A stretch of DNA of 64,000 nucleotides. It comes from Candidatus Latescibacterota bacterium (GTDB taxonomy: Bacteria; Latescibacterota; UBA2968; GCA-2709665). The stretch is taken from the NCBI GenBank assembly GCA_965203805.1, contig OZ241917.1, positions 1,216,001 through 1,280,000 on the forward strand, written 5' to 3'. The notes beneath the pieces were generated by a model that was given only the letters and a program-made list of their open reading frames with translations, had not been told where the DNA came from and made no database searches. Each line of letters starts with the position of its first letter. Positions within the stretch are counted from its first letter, which is position 1. Shown here in pieces: positions 51,545-61,491 of the stretch. Made by a program: the position numbers and the translations under genes.

Positions 51545-52156
51545 GTGGGGTTTGCTGCTTTTCTGAAGAGAATCCTCGATTCCAAGATTCTGGTTTCGAG
51601 AAGGCACGATGGGAGCATGATTCTTCGAGAAGAGGGAATAATGAAAGTCGAAGTGGCCAACACCCCGACATGCATCGCGGGGATTCATATAGAAAGAATC
51701 GGTAGTTTTTCGAGGATAGAAAGAATCGGTAGTTTTTCGAGGATACGAAAGGGCAAATGGAAGCGAACCTGCGATTACCTGTTGGTCTGTGAGGACGAGA
51801 AATCGTGTTTTGCGATATTCATCGATTTAAAAAAGACGATACGCGGCGACGGAGAACCGGAGGAGCAACTTCGGTGGTCGCTGCCGATTTATAGGTATCT
51901 TTGTGCGATATATGCGGTACATTCTGACTGCGAATTCAAGCATTCCGGCACAACAGTTCGAAAGTTCATAATTGGCGAAAAATACCATGAACGATTCGAC
52001 AAACAGCCTATTAGACCACAACCGGGAGGCGTTCAAAAGGAATCATATAAGGGTATGGAAGTACATAACGTACGTCGGACCGAGAATTCCATTCAATTTG
52101 CTTCTGCGTGGTGCGACCGGAACGTAATGCGGTCGCCACAGCTGCAAGCAACTTGA
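51545..52156 (+). CDS. Uncharacterised PD-(D/E)XK-like protein coupled to the ATPase
   Basis: GTG 1 nt after the ATPase stop, GGAGG RBS; CDYLLV...IFIDLKK...EQL motif. Confidence 0.65.
   Translation: MGFAAFLKRILDSKILVSRRHDGSMILREEGIMKVEVANTPTCIAGIHIERIGSFSRIERIGSFSRIRKGKWKRTCDYLLVCEDEKSCFAIFIDLKKTIRGDGEPEEQLRWSLPIYRYLCAIYAVHSDCEFKHSGTTVRKFIIGEKYHERFDKQPIRPQPGGVQKESYKGMEVHNVRRTENSIQFASAWCDRNVMRSPQLQAT
51689..51745 (+). repeat. Perfect 27-bp in-frame tandem duplication
   Basis: ATAGAAAGAATCGGTAGTTTTTCGAGG x2 (IERIGSFSR x2). Confidence 0.95.
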
Positions 52157-52185
52157 CGTTGGAAGGGAATGGTGAACGTGCCGAA

Positions 52186-52497
52186 ATGAACGCGCGTATT
52201 CAAACTCCAACGGATGAATCGGCAGCGTTTTGCCAACGCTGGAGCGTCGTCGAAATGGCGTTGTTCGGCTCCGCATTACGTGACGATTTCGGTCCCGATA
52301 GCGATATCGACGTTCTGGTAAGCTTCGAAGAACGGGCACGCCATACGCTGCTGGACATGATGCGCATGCAGGACGAGTTGACGCAAACGTTCGGCCGGTG
52401 GGCGGACGTTCTCGAGCGCGCTGCGATTGAGGCCAGCGCGAATTACATCCGTCGCGAGGCCATCCTGGGTTCTGCGGAGACGTTCTATGCGGCGTAG
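52186..52497 (+). CDS. Minimal nucleotidyltransferase (MntA-like antitoxin), no adjacent HepT
   Basis: LFGSALRDDF.PDSDIDVLV. Confidence 0.9.
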   Translation: MNARIQTPTDESAAFCQRWSVVEMALFGSALRDDFGPDSDIDVLVSFEERARHTLLDMMRMQDELTQTFGRWADVLERAAIEASANYIRREAILGSAETFYAA

Positions 52498-52663
52498 CGT
52501 CAAATCACCCCACAACGAGACTCCCTGATCTGAAAACCCTTATCGGGAGATTCGCCGGACGCAACGCCTGGGTATTCCACTCGATGGCCGCGATCATTCT
52601 CAAGCCGTGCTTGTAAGTTAAATCCCGCCTGAGATCCATCCCGATGCTGACGGCGGCCGATCC

Positions 52664-54178
52664 ATGTCCCTCCCGAAATCTCCTCTTACGCAGAAGTTGG
52701 CGAGAATATTCCTCCTTCCGGCAATTGTCGTCTGTATATGTTCCAGCAACTGCCCCGCCTACCGCCTCGTCGGGTCGGAAGCACTGTCAGATGCCCTCGT
52801 CGCCCATCACTATTCCATCAACGCCACCCTCGACGCGGTCATCGTGGTGGACCCGACGGTTCCGACCTTCGAATACCACACCTTTTTTGCCATGGGACAC
52901 GCGGATGAACCGGAAGGGGAACAGGGAAAGCTGCACTTCCTCGAACACATAATCGCAGGTACGGGAAGCCGCCCGCCCGGAGAACTCGAACAGCTGATCA
53001 GACACAACGGCGGGCAGAGCTCTGCCTCCACATCGCTGCACATGACCTGCTTTACCCTCCGGTTTCCCAAGAACAAGCTCGAACTTGCAGTTCAGATAGA
53101 CCGGGAGAGGTTCTGCAATACTCTGATTGATCAGAAAAGTATCGAACGAGAAAGGCAAGTGATCCTCACAGAACTCAGCTCGAGGAGTGCAAATGAGTGG
53201 ACCCGTTTTACCAATCAGTTCTGGGGCTTGATTTATGGAAGGGAAACCTTCGGCGGTGTCGGTACCAGGTCGCTGATCAAGAATATCGAACCGAGCGCCA
53301 TTAGACATACCTTTGAAGAAATCCTGCGCCGGCAGAGACGCCTTGTCGCGGTGGTCGGTCACGTTGACGTCAGTGACGTCCTGGCGAAACTGGACGGCGC
53401 ATTTCCGGACACGACCTTGCAAGAGGCAGCCGAATGGCCCGATCCGGAGTTTCCCAACGCGGACGTGTTAGGCGAGACACATCACGTCGAGTACGAAAGA
53501 TCCGGTGTATCCCGATTCCGGAGAGCCTGGCGCATACCTGGCCTGGAACATCGCGACTACGCGGGTTTTCTCGTCCTTAACGGCATCCTGACCAGGCCGT
53601 CCGGGTCGCTCCGAACGGCATTGGTCGATGCCAAAGGTGTCGATGAATTCAGGGTATGGGTCGAAAACTGCAGGGGATTCGGCCTATTTAATCTTGAGGC
53701 GGAGATGCAGCCTGCCACATCGATAGAGGCTGTCGACACCGCCATCCGAAAGGAACTGCTGGAGATTCGAACGAAAGGCGTCACGGAGAATCAACTCCGG
53801 GCTGCCCAAAATATGGAACTCAGCCGTCTGTATTCCGAGTTTTACGACCGGTCGGCGATCGCTCGTCGGTTCGGAGAGGCATTTGCCCTCTCGCTCGATC
53901 CTCTTCGTTATCCGAAATTGATTTCCGAAATACAATCCGTGAGTGCAGGAGACATTTCGCGCGTCGCCCTGAATTACATGTCGACGGCGAATTCCGTTAC
54001 GCTTTCCCGGACACCTGATGAGCAAAACGTGTTGTGGGTACAAATCGTCGTGATTGTTATTCTCATCTCCGTTCCTGTTGGAATCCTGTTGCTCACAATC
54101 TGGGTTGTCAAGAAGGTCATCCGGAAATTCTCACGAAGGAAACTCTCCGATGAGCAGGTTCCTGATCGTCGCGCTTAG
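52664..54178 (+). CDS. M16 (insulinase) peptidase, catalytic subunit, copy 1
   Basis: Signal peptide, HFLEH inverted zinc motif, ERQVILTE, C-terminal transmembrane helix. Confidence 0.88.
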   Translation: MSLPKSPLTQKLARIFLLPAIVVCICSSNCPAYRLVGSEALSDALVAHHYSINATLDAVIVVDPTVPTFEYHTFFAMGHADEPEGEQGKLHFLEHIIAGTGSRPPGELEQLIRHNGGQSSASTSLHMTCFTLRFPKNKLELAVQIDRERFCNTLIDQKSIERERQVILTELSSRSANEWTRFTNQFWGLIYGRETFGGVGTRSLIKNIEPSAIRHTFEEILRRQRRLVAVVGHVDVSDVLAKLDGAFPDTTLQEAAEWPDPEFPNADVLGETHHVEYERSGVSRFRRAWRIPGLEHRDYAGFLVLNGILTRPSGSLRTALVDAKGVDEFRVWVENCRGFGLFNLEAEMQPATSIEAVDTAIRKELLEIRTKGVTENQLRAAQNMELSRLYSEFYDRSAIARRFGEAFALSLDPLRYPKLISEIQSVSAGDISRVALNYMSTANSVTLSRTPDEQNVLWVQIVVIVILISVPVGILLLTIWVVKKVIRKFSRRKLSDEQVPDRRA

Positions 54179-55493
54179 TGTGCTTCTCTACTGGATCGTT
54201 TGTGTTCAGCAGGCTTCCGCGAGGATTCCTAATCACCATCTGTACTATCGTAACGATGTCCGGGCCCCGCTAACCAGCCTGGAAATCGTCTTCCTCGGCG
54301 CCGGGAGCAACCAGGATGGGCATGAACGGGCTGGACTCGCGTTGACTGCCGCCAGACTGATCGAGGATTATTCAAAAAGGCATGGATATGCGGCTCAGTT
54401 GGAAATACTGGGCGCACAACTCAATGTCGGGACATCCTTTCAATACCAGGCATTGTCACTGTCCGGTCTATCCGAAAACTTCCAAGCGTCCGTCGGAATC
54501 GTGAACGACCTGATTCGACGAACGGCATTTACCGAATTCGCCGTTGAAAAGGCAAAGCGGGAGTTACAAAAATCTTACCAGCATTCCGTACGGGCCGACG
54601 CTTACGGGTTTATGAGAAACTACGCGCTTGCACAAACAATGGGTGTACCGAGGTGGTTCTCCAGCCAGGCGGTAAGACAATTGACATTAGAGGCTATCAC
54701 GCAATATCAGGATATGTTCCTGAAAGCCGACGTCGTCTTCTTCAAGGCGATTTCCGATCTCGACTCGATCGCTATCAGGAAGTCGCTCCTTACAATCGCG
54801 AAAGGCCGTAAGAAAGGCGGATTTGTCTGGTCGCCGCCAACTCAAGAAGCCGACAATCGTCCCGGTCGCACCGCATTCGTAATCGAAAATTACTCCCATC
54901 TCAAGAACGTCTACTTTTACTTGCTTATCCCCTGTGGAAAACTGGGTCAAGATAATTACGTTCCCAACCTGGTATCCTCGACGCTGGGGAGCGTCCGGGT
55001 TGGAGGGATGCTCGACATCTATCTGCGGGACGAGTTGGCACTGGTTTACGGTACTTCCTGTAATTATTCAAGTTCGCACAATATCAGATACCTTGAGATT
55101 TTCGCCGATCCTCGACTGGAGAATAGTGAGGAACTGATAATAAAGATGTACGAATTCATCCCAGGACTTGCCGACAACCCTCGCTTCTGGGAGACCGTTT
55201 CAGAATTGCGCGATAATCCGGACTTCGCCGACGCCGAATTTCACGAGGAAATGACACCAAAGCGCGACCTGGATTACGAGGTCGATGACGCCCTCTTCAA
55301 CTTTCCGAGCCGCGGAAGCGGGTACAAATCTGTAACGGACACCGAGGTACGGTCTTTTCTTCAGAAGTACTTCGTGGAAGAGAATATGATGATGATTTTA
55401 TTCGGACCGAAGGAACACATTATCGAAATCCTGGAGAAACATTGGCCTGATATGACCATTCACGTGCAGACCGTGGAGAGCGCTATCGAGTAG
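54150..55493 (+). CDS. M16 peptidase-like non-catalytic subunit, copy 1
   Basis: Signal peptide, GAGS...GLA pattern, LRDELALVY (R/Y pair), no HXXEH. Confidence 0.8.
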   Translation: MSRFLIVALSVLLYWIVCVQQASARIPNHHLYYRNDVRAPLTSLEIVFLGAGSNQDGHERAGLALTAARLIEDYSKRHGYAAQLEILGAQLNVGTSFQYQALSLSGLSENFQASVGIVNDLIRRTAFTEFAVEKAKRELQKSYQHSVRADAYGFMRNYALAQTMGVPRWFSSQAVRQLTLEAITQYQDMFLKADVVFFKAISDLDSIAIRKSLLTIAKGRKKGGFVWSPPTQEADNRPGRTAFVIENYSHLKNVYFYLLIPCGKLGQDNYVPNLVSSTLGSVRVGGMLDIYLRDELALVYGTSCNYSSSHNIRYLEIFADPRLENSEELIIKMYEFIPGLADNPRFWETVSELRDNPDFADAEFHEEMTPKRDLDYEVDDALFNFPSRGSGYKSVTDTEVRSFLQKYFVEENMMMILFGPKEHIIEILEKHWPDMTIHVQTVESAIE

Positions 55494-55799
55494 GCCACTC
55501 ACCGCGACGTATCACCCGAACGGCATGCCCATAACGAGAACCCGGACTCGTCTCACGTCGGAGGCCTTCACGTCCTTTCAAATGCCATCCCAGCCTGGTT
55601 TCCGCTTGATCCCGCCGTCGACGAGAGCTATTAATTGACCTGAGGAGAGTGGCGTCCCGATCGACGGAGTCAGATTGGGTATCTGTTCAGTCGTATGCCG
55701 AGGATGGCTTTCTACTGCCTGAACACCGCGCCCACTCCCCTGTCCGCGAACCCTCATTTTCTTGTCGGTTACCCGAACCTGGTCCTTCCGCTCTTTCCC

Positions 55800-57287
55800 A
55801 TGGTGTCCGACATGGCGAAAACGTGCATATATGCGGCAATCGTCGTCTGCATATGTACGGCCACGTGCCATGCCTACCGGCTCGTCGGGTCGGAGGCGTT
55901 GTCGGAGGCCCTCGTCGCCCACCACTATACCATCAATGACAGGCTCGACGCGGTCATCGTGGTTGATAAGACAATCCCGACTTTCGAGTACCAGACGTTC
56001 TATGCCATGGGTTCCGCTGATGAACCGGAGGGACAGCAGGGCGAACTTCATTTCCTTGAGCACATTATCGCAGATGCCGGCAGCCGCCCGCCGGGCGAAC
56101 TCGCAGAGTTGATTGGCGCCAATGGCGGACAATATCACGCAACTACAGACTTGAATCTTACCAATTTCAGGTTGAGATTCCCCAGGGACAAACTGCCGGT
56201 CGCGGTCGAGATAGACCGGGATGGATTCTACAGTACGGTGATCAACAATGAAGTTGTGGAAAAGCAACGACAAATTGTGTTGACTGAACTCAGAAGAAAC
56301 CTTGCCAGGTCGAGCAGGAGGTTTTCCAGTCAATTCTGGGGGATGGTCTACGGAAGAGACAAGCTCGAGGGCGTCGGCACCGAGGCACTGATAAATGATA
56401 TCACGCCAGGGGACCTGAAACAACTCTTCCATAACGTCTTTCGCAGGAAAAGGCGTCTGATTGTGGTAATCGGCGATATTGACGTGGCTGACGTCCTCGC
56501 TAGATTGGTCGAGGCCTTTCCCGCCGGGAAGATGGAACCGCAACGTGGTTCTAGTTTATCACGGTTTCCAAATCCCGATGTGCTGGGCGAGAGATATCAG
56601 AAGGAATTCGAACACATCAACAGGTCCAGGTTCAGAAAGACCTGGCACATACCCGAACTCGGCCATCCAGACTACGCAGGCGCAGTCATTCTGGCTTCGA
56701 TCCTGGAAAGGTCGTCAAACTCGCTACGGACCTCTCTGTTGGATTCTCAGATTGCGAGCAGTTTCAGTGTGTGGATTGACAGCCAAAGGGGATTCGGCCT
56801 ATTGAGTCTCAATGCCGTAATGGCCCCGGTAGCATCCACCGAAGCTATCGAGAGCGCGATTAGTGATACGTTAAATAAGATAAAGACACACGGAATCACC
56901 GAAGATGATCTGGAAGCGGCGAGGAATACCGAGTTGCGGCATCTATATTCCGAGTTTTACGACAGATCGGAACTGGCAAAGGGGTTCGGCGCGGCATTCG
57001 CACACACTGGCGACCCTCTTCTCTATGCGAGGTTGGTCCCCCAGATCCGGCAGGTACTCGTCGACGACATTCAGCGAATTGTCAACGAACACTTCATCCA
57101 GGAGAACGCCATCACGCTTTCCTGGACAATGAAGGAGAAACACCCGCCGTGGGCCCAACTCGTCGTGGTTGTTGTCCTTATATGCGTTCCTGGCGGGATC
57201 CTGATAGCCGCAATCCGTGTTGTCAGAAAACGCACATCCGGCCGTGAGAATGTTGACGATGAAGAGACACGCAAATACCATTGTTAG
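55800..57287 (+). CDS. M16 peptidase, catalytic subunit, copy 2
   Basis: Paralogue of 52664-54178 (AYRLVGSEALS.ALVAHHY...HFLEH); C-terminal transmembrane helix; start uncertain. Confidence 0.88.
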   Translation: MVSDMAKTCIYAAIVVCICTATCHAYRLVGSEALSEALVAHHYTINDRLDAVIVVDKTIPTFEYQTFYAMGSADEPEGQQGELHFLEHIIADAGSRPPGELAELIGANGGQYHATTDLNLTNFRLRFPRDKLPVAVEIDRDGFYSTVINNEVVEKQRQIVLTELRRNLARSSRRFSSQFWGMVYGRDKLEGVGTEALINDITPGDLKQLFHNVFRRKRRLIVVIGDIDVADVLARLVEAFPAGKMEPQRGSSLSRFPNPDVLGERYQKEFEHINRSRFRKTWHIPELGHPDYAGAVILASILERSSNSLRTSLLDSQIASSFSVWIDSQRGFGLLSLNAVMAPVASTEAIESAISDTLNKIKTHGITEDDLEAARNTELRHLYSEFYDRSELAKGFGAAFAHTGDPLLYARLVPQIRQVLVDDIQRIVNEHFIQENAITLSWTMKEKHPPWAQLVVVVVLICVPGGILIAAIRVVRKRTSGRENVDDEETRKYHC

Positions 57288-58602
57288 AATTGGGCTGTTC
57301 AGTGTTGTTTGCACGCTACCGGCACCCGCCCGCGTACCCAACCATCACGTATTCTATGAACGTGACAACCGTGCGCCGGTTACGACGCTGGAGATCGTCT
57401 TCCTGGGAGCCGGCAGCAGCGCGGTCGGCCCGTCAAAGACCGGACTGGCGGTCACGGCCGCCGCACTGATCGAGGATTATTCAAAAGAACATGGATACAC
57501 GGCTCGACTGGAAACATTGGGCGCACGGCTTAAAGTCAGAACGTATTTTCGATACCAGACGATGGACCTGTCCTGCTTGTCCGGGAATTTCGAAGCTTCC
57601 GTAGGAATCGTGAACGACCTGATGCGGCGGATGGCTGTCACGGGGCCCGCACTTGAAGAGACAAAGGGGAAATTACGCAGATCGTACGAGAAAACCGTAG
57701 ATTCCGGCAGCCATGATATCCTGAGGAACTACGCGCTTGCACGGTCGGTCGGTGTAGGAAAATGGTTCTCACGGGAAGCAATGAAGCAAATCACATTGGA
57801 GGATGTCAGGGAGTACTGCGCACGGTTTCTGAACGCGGAAGTTGTGTTCTTCAAGGCAGTCTCGAACCTTGACTCCACGGAGGTCGACGCATCGCTTCGT
57901 CCAATCACGAGCGACCGCCGGCAAGAGGGTTTCGTCTGGTCGCCCGGAACACCGAAAGCCGAACGCCTTCCAGGGCACTCCGCGTTCGTGTTCGAGCACT
58001 ACTCGCATCTGAAGAACGTCTACTGTTACTGGCTCATCCCAATTGGAACGGTCGGCCAGGAAAATTACATTCCCAATATGGTGTCCTGGACGCTTGGACG
58101 CGGTGGCACCCGCGGCTTGCTCTTCAAACAACTGCGTGAAGAGGCGGGACTGGTTTACGGTACATCCTGTTCCTATCTAAGTGAAGACGACGTCAGGTTC
58201 CTGGAGATTTCCGCCGATCCACGACTCGAAAACAGCGAGGAACTGTTGACAAGCGTGCAGGAGATGATCGTCGGGCTTGCCGACAGACCTGACTTCTGGA
58301 CCTCTATAGCGCAGTTGCGCGAGAACCCGGACGCCATCGAAGCCCATATACATGGCGAATATGCGCCGCGGCGCAAGCTGAACCGTGCGGTCGACAGGGC
58401 CATCTTCAACTATCCTAGCCGGGCAGACGGCATCAAATCCGTCACGGATGACGAGATACGATCGTTTCTCGAGAAATACTTCGTGGCGGAGAATATGGTC
58501 ATGGTGCTGTTCGGGCCGAAGGACCATATCATTGAAATTCTGGAAAGACACTGGCCGGATATCACGATTCACGTACAGCCCGTAGAGAAGGCTATCGAAT
58601 AG
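57259..58602 (+). CDS. M16 peptidase-like non-catalytic subunit, copy 2
   Basis: Paralogue of 54150-55493 (PNHH..Y...LEIVFLGAGS...LREEAGLVY...HWPD). Confidence 0.8.
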   Translation: MKRHANTIVRIGLFSVVCTLPAPARVPNHHVFYERDNRAPVTTLEIVFLGAGSSAVGPSKTGLAVTAAALIEDYSKEHGYTARLETLGARLKVRTYFRYQTMDLSCLSGNFEASVGIVNDLMRRMAVTGPALEETKGKLRRSYEKTVDSGSHDILRNYALARSVGVGKWFSREAMKQITLEDVREYCARFLNAEVVFFKAVSNLDSTEVDASLRPITSDRRQEGFVWSPGTPKAERLPGHSAFVFEHYSHLKNVYCYWLIPIGTVGQENYIPNMVSWTLGRGGTRGLLFKQLREEAGLVYGTSCSYLSEDDVRFLEISADPRLENSEELLTSVQEMIVGLADRPDFWTSIAQLRENPDAIEAHIHGEYAPRRKLNRAVDRAIFNYPSRADGIKSVTDDEIRSFLEKYFVAENMVMVLFGPKDHIIEILERHWPDITIHVQPVEKAIE

Positions 58603-58622
58603 GCGACGTCCCCAACCCACCT

Positions 58623-60005
58623 ATGTCCCGCCCACTATCGCCCCCCGACTCCGATCCCTCCCCGTCCGACCCGGCGCCGGTGCTTCCGCAGGTCTGGGCG
58701 ATCGCATGGCCCGTGGTGGCGGCATCGATGCTGGACGCCATGGAGGGGCTTGTCGACATTTCCATGGTGGGACAACTGGGACCGGCCGCGATTTCTGCGG
58801 TTGGGCTCAGCCGGCAGGTCCTGTTCGTGATCATGGTCATGGCGATTTCGGTCAGCACCGGATCCCGGACCCTCGTCGCGCAATTCTACGGCGCGGGCAG
58901 ACACGGCGACCTCAGCAATGCGGCCCAGCAGGCAATCCTCATGGGAATCCTGCTTTCGGGGGGGCTGGCTCTCGTGGGGAGCATGATCGCGCGGCCGGCG
59001 CTGGTCCTCCTCGGCGCACAGGAAGACGTGCTCGTCCACGCCGTGCCGTTCATGCGCGTCTACTTCGCCGGCATCGTCTTCATGATGCCCAATTTCATCA
59101 TCGGCGGAATCTTTGGCGGCGCGGGGGATACCCGGACGCCCCTGAAGATTTCCTGTCTCATCATCTGTCTGAAGATTCCGCTCTCCTACGGCCTGATCTT
59201 CGGGGCATGGGGCCTGCCCCAGCTAGGCGTGACCGGCGCGGCGCTCGGCAGTGTTGTCTGTCGGGCCGTCGGCTGCGCCATCGGCCTGTACCTGCTCACG
59301 ACAGGGCGCACGCGGGTCCACATGCGTTGGAACTGGCGACTCCCGTTCAGCCGGGACATCATCGGGCGCATGATGCGCATTGGCGTGCCTGCCGGGATTC
59401 AAGGTTTCTTCCGCAACGGCGCCCGCATCCTGATCTATCGCGTCGTGGGTTGGACGAGCCGGCCCACCGCTGCAACGGCCGCGCTCACCATCGGCCTGCA
59501 GATGCGGATGATCGGCATCATGCCGGCCCTTGCGTTCTCCGTGGCGGGCACCGCGCTGGTCGGGCAACGATTGGGCGCGAGTCAGATCCGCGAGGCCGAG
59601 CGCTTCGCATCAAACACGATCCGGCTGTGCATGACGTTCATCACCGTCTGCGCCGTCCTCATCTGCGTCTTCGCGCGGGAGATCGTCGACCTGTTCACGG
59701 ATTCCGCGGCGGTGATCGACATGGGAACCGTGATGCTCCTGTACTTTACGGTCGCACAGGTCTTCTCCGCGTTGTCCATCGTCGCCGGGGGCGTCCTGGC
59801 CGGCGGCGGTGAAACCAAGCCCCTGCTCTACTATACGATTGTTGCGCAGTGGCTGGTGATGCTGCCGCTCTCCTACGTCCTGGCGTTTCTGCTGGATATG
59901 GATGCCGCGGGAATCTGGATTGCCTGGTTCATAGGCGGCGCTGCACAGGGGATTCTGGCCTGGTCCCGGTATCGGAAGGGCGCGTGGAAGCGGACCGTCA
60001 TTTAA
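58623..60005 (+). CDS. MATE-family efflux transporter
   Basis: D..MVGQLG..AISAVG, GAGDTRTPL, GVTGAA, VGQRLGA; about 12 transmembrane helices. Confidence 0.93.
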   Translation: MSRPLSPPDSDPSPSDPAPVLPQVWAIAWPVVAASMLDAMEGLVDISMVGQLGPAAISAVGLSRQVLFVIMVMAISVSTGSRTLVAQFYGAGRHGDLSNAAQQAILMGILLSGGLALVGSMIARPALVLLGAQEDVLVHAVPFMRVYFAGIVFMMPNFIIGGIFGGAGDTRTPLKISCLIICLKIPLSYGLIFGAWGLPQLGVTGAALGSVVCRAVGCAIGLYLLTTGRTRVHMRWNWRLPFSRDIIGRMMRIGVPAGIQGFFRNGARILIYRVVGWTSRPTAATAALTIGLQMRMIGIMPALAFSVAGTALVGQRLGASQIREAERFASNTIRLCMTFITVCAVLICVFAREIVDLFTDSAAVIDMGTVMLLYFTVAQVFSALSIVAGGVLAGGGETKPLLYYTIVAQWLVMLPLSYVLAFLLDMDAAGIWIAWFIGGAAQGILAWSRYRKGAWKRTVI

Positions 60006-60549
60006 GTTCGGCGCTGCGAAGCTGCTTCACTTTACGCCCCATTTCTTCGATGCCAGGCGCGTTTCCAACCTGCACGTATAGACGATGGGCTTCTTCGAAG
60101 ACCCTCAGCGCTTCATCGTTCCTGCCAATACGTTCAAGAAGCCTGGCGAAACCACGGAGCGCATTCGCGAGCGGGTGCGCCGGTGTGGGGTCGAGATCAC
60201 GGTAAATCTGTATAGCCAGCCGGAAATCCCGTTCCGCGGCGGCCGCATCGCCGAGGTCCCGGCGGACGTCCGCGACGTGACGAAGCGAATGCGCCATCTT
60301 TTCGGCATGATTCGCCGCAACGTAGTGGTTGTACCCCTCCCGGTAAAAGTGGAGGGCGCCCTCCCGATTGCCCCGGTCCCTCTCGAACTGCCCGTACACG
60401 TGCGCCACCCTGCCCAGCGATTCATGGTCGTCTTCCCGGCACAGTCCCGCCGCTTCGGCCACGAGGCGTTTTCCCCGCTCGTAATCCGCATTCCCCCTCG
60501 TCCTCCATGCTTCGTCCAGCAGTTGCGCGATTTTCTGTTTCCTTGACAT
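59998..60549 (-). CDS. Tetratricopeptide-repeat protein
   Basis: Helical repeats LG...G...AL..Y, A.SL...A......G...AA...F..A. Confidence 0.75.
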   Translation of the reverse strand: MSRKQKIAQLLDEAWRTRGNADYERGKRLVAEAAGLCREDDHESLGRVAHVYGQFERDRGNREGALHFYREGYNHYVAANHAEKMAHSLRHVADVRRDLGDAAAAERDFRLAIQIYRDLDPTPAHPLANALRGFARLLERIGRNDEALRVFEEAHRLYVQVGNAPGIEEMGRKVKQLRSAELK

Positions 60550-60578
60550 GCATACCCTTTCTCTCCGGCGACTGGGAA

Positions 60579-61325
60579 TTACCGTTTTCTCGGCGTGTAG
60601 AACAACAGGGTCCCGATCTGTACGTATCCGATCGAGGCATACAATAATGCGCCCGTGTGGGTCGCGGTCAACACGGCCAGTTTCGAACCGTTCGACCGGT
60701 CGTCGCGTAACATTCTGCACATCAACGCCCGGCCGATCCCCCTGCGCCGGGCCGCGGGCGCAACGTGCATATTCGAACACCACGTTGCGGAATCCACGAC
60801 GATGCTCTGGACCCAGCCCACGGGCTCATCGCCTTCGAGCGCGACGTATTGCCTGAGCGGAGCGTCCGGGGAAAGGTGTTCCGGCAGAATCTGCCTGATC
60901 CGCGTCGTCCGGTTCAATCTGTCCGCCAGTTCGGCCGTGAGAATACGCTTGATGGGCAGTGGGTCCGCCGCGCGAGGAATGCGCCTCAGTCGATGCACCA
61001 TAACCGGTTCGGTTGAATTCAGACGGTAGTTGAGGGCTTTGAAATCCGACCGCATCCCGACGTCGGATTCCCCCTCGGCGCAGATCGCGCAGATGCCGAA
61101 CTGGCCCCGGGTGTTCTTCGTAGCCACCCTGTGGATCTCTTCCGCGTCAACGCCATGGGCGATCCACTCCTCCCTGCGATACGTACCACGCTTTCTCGGC
61201 GCATCCCTCACCGCCCAGATGTGACCCTCCCGGCTCGCGGGATATGGATGCGTAAAGCTCCTGGTAAAGCTGAAGCCGCGGGCGAAAACTTCCAGCGCCC
61301 GCTGCATGAGCGCGTTTTCGGGCAC
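60579..61325 (-). CDS. GNAT-family N-acetyltransferase
   Basis: V.P..RRRGIG acetyl-CoA motif, LYASIGY. Confidence 0.88.
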   Translation of the reverse strand: MPENALMQRALEVFARGFSFTRSFTHPYPASREGHIWAVRDAPRKRGTYRREEWIAHGVDAEEIHRVATKNTRGQFGICAICAEGESDVGMRSDFKALNYRLNSTEPVMVHRLRRIPRAADPLPIKRILTAELADRLNRTTRIRQILPEHLSPDAPLRQYVALEGDEPVGWVQSIVVDSATWCSNMHVAPAARRRGIGRALMCRMLRDDRSNGSKLAVLTATHTGALLYASIGYVQIGTLLFYTPRKR

Positions 61326-61491
61326 GGTATCCTATCTTTCCTCTATCGAAATCACATGAGCCGGGCAGTTGTCCGGGATGCGTCCAGATACAACTGGACA
61401 GCGGGCGTGGCGCCCTATAGTTTTCGAAGACCGCGGAGACGATCCTGTTTCAATAACTTCGGAGAGTTTGCAACCTGACACGGTCGACCGA

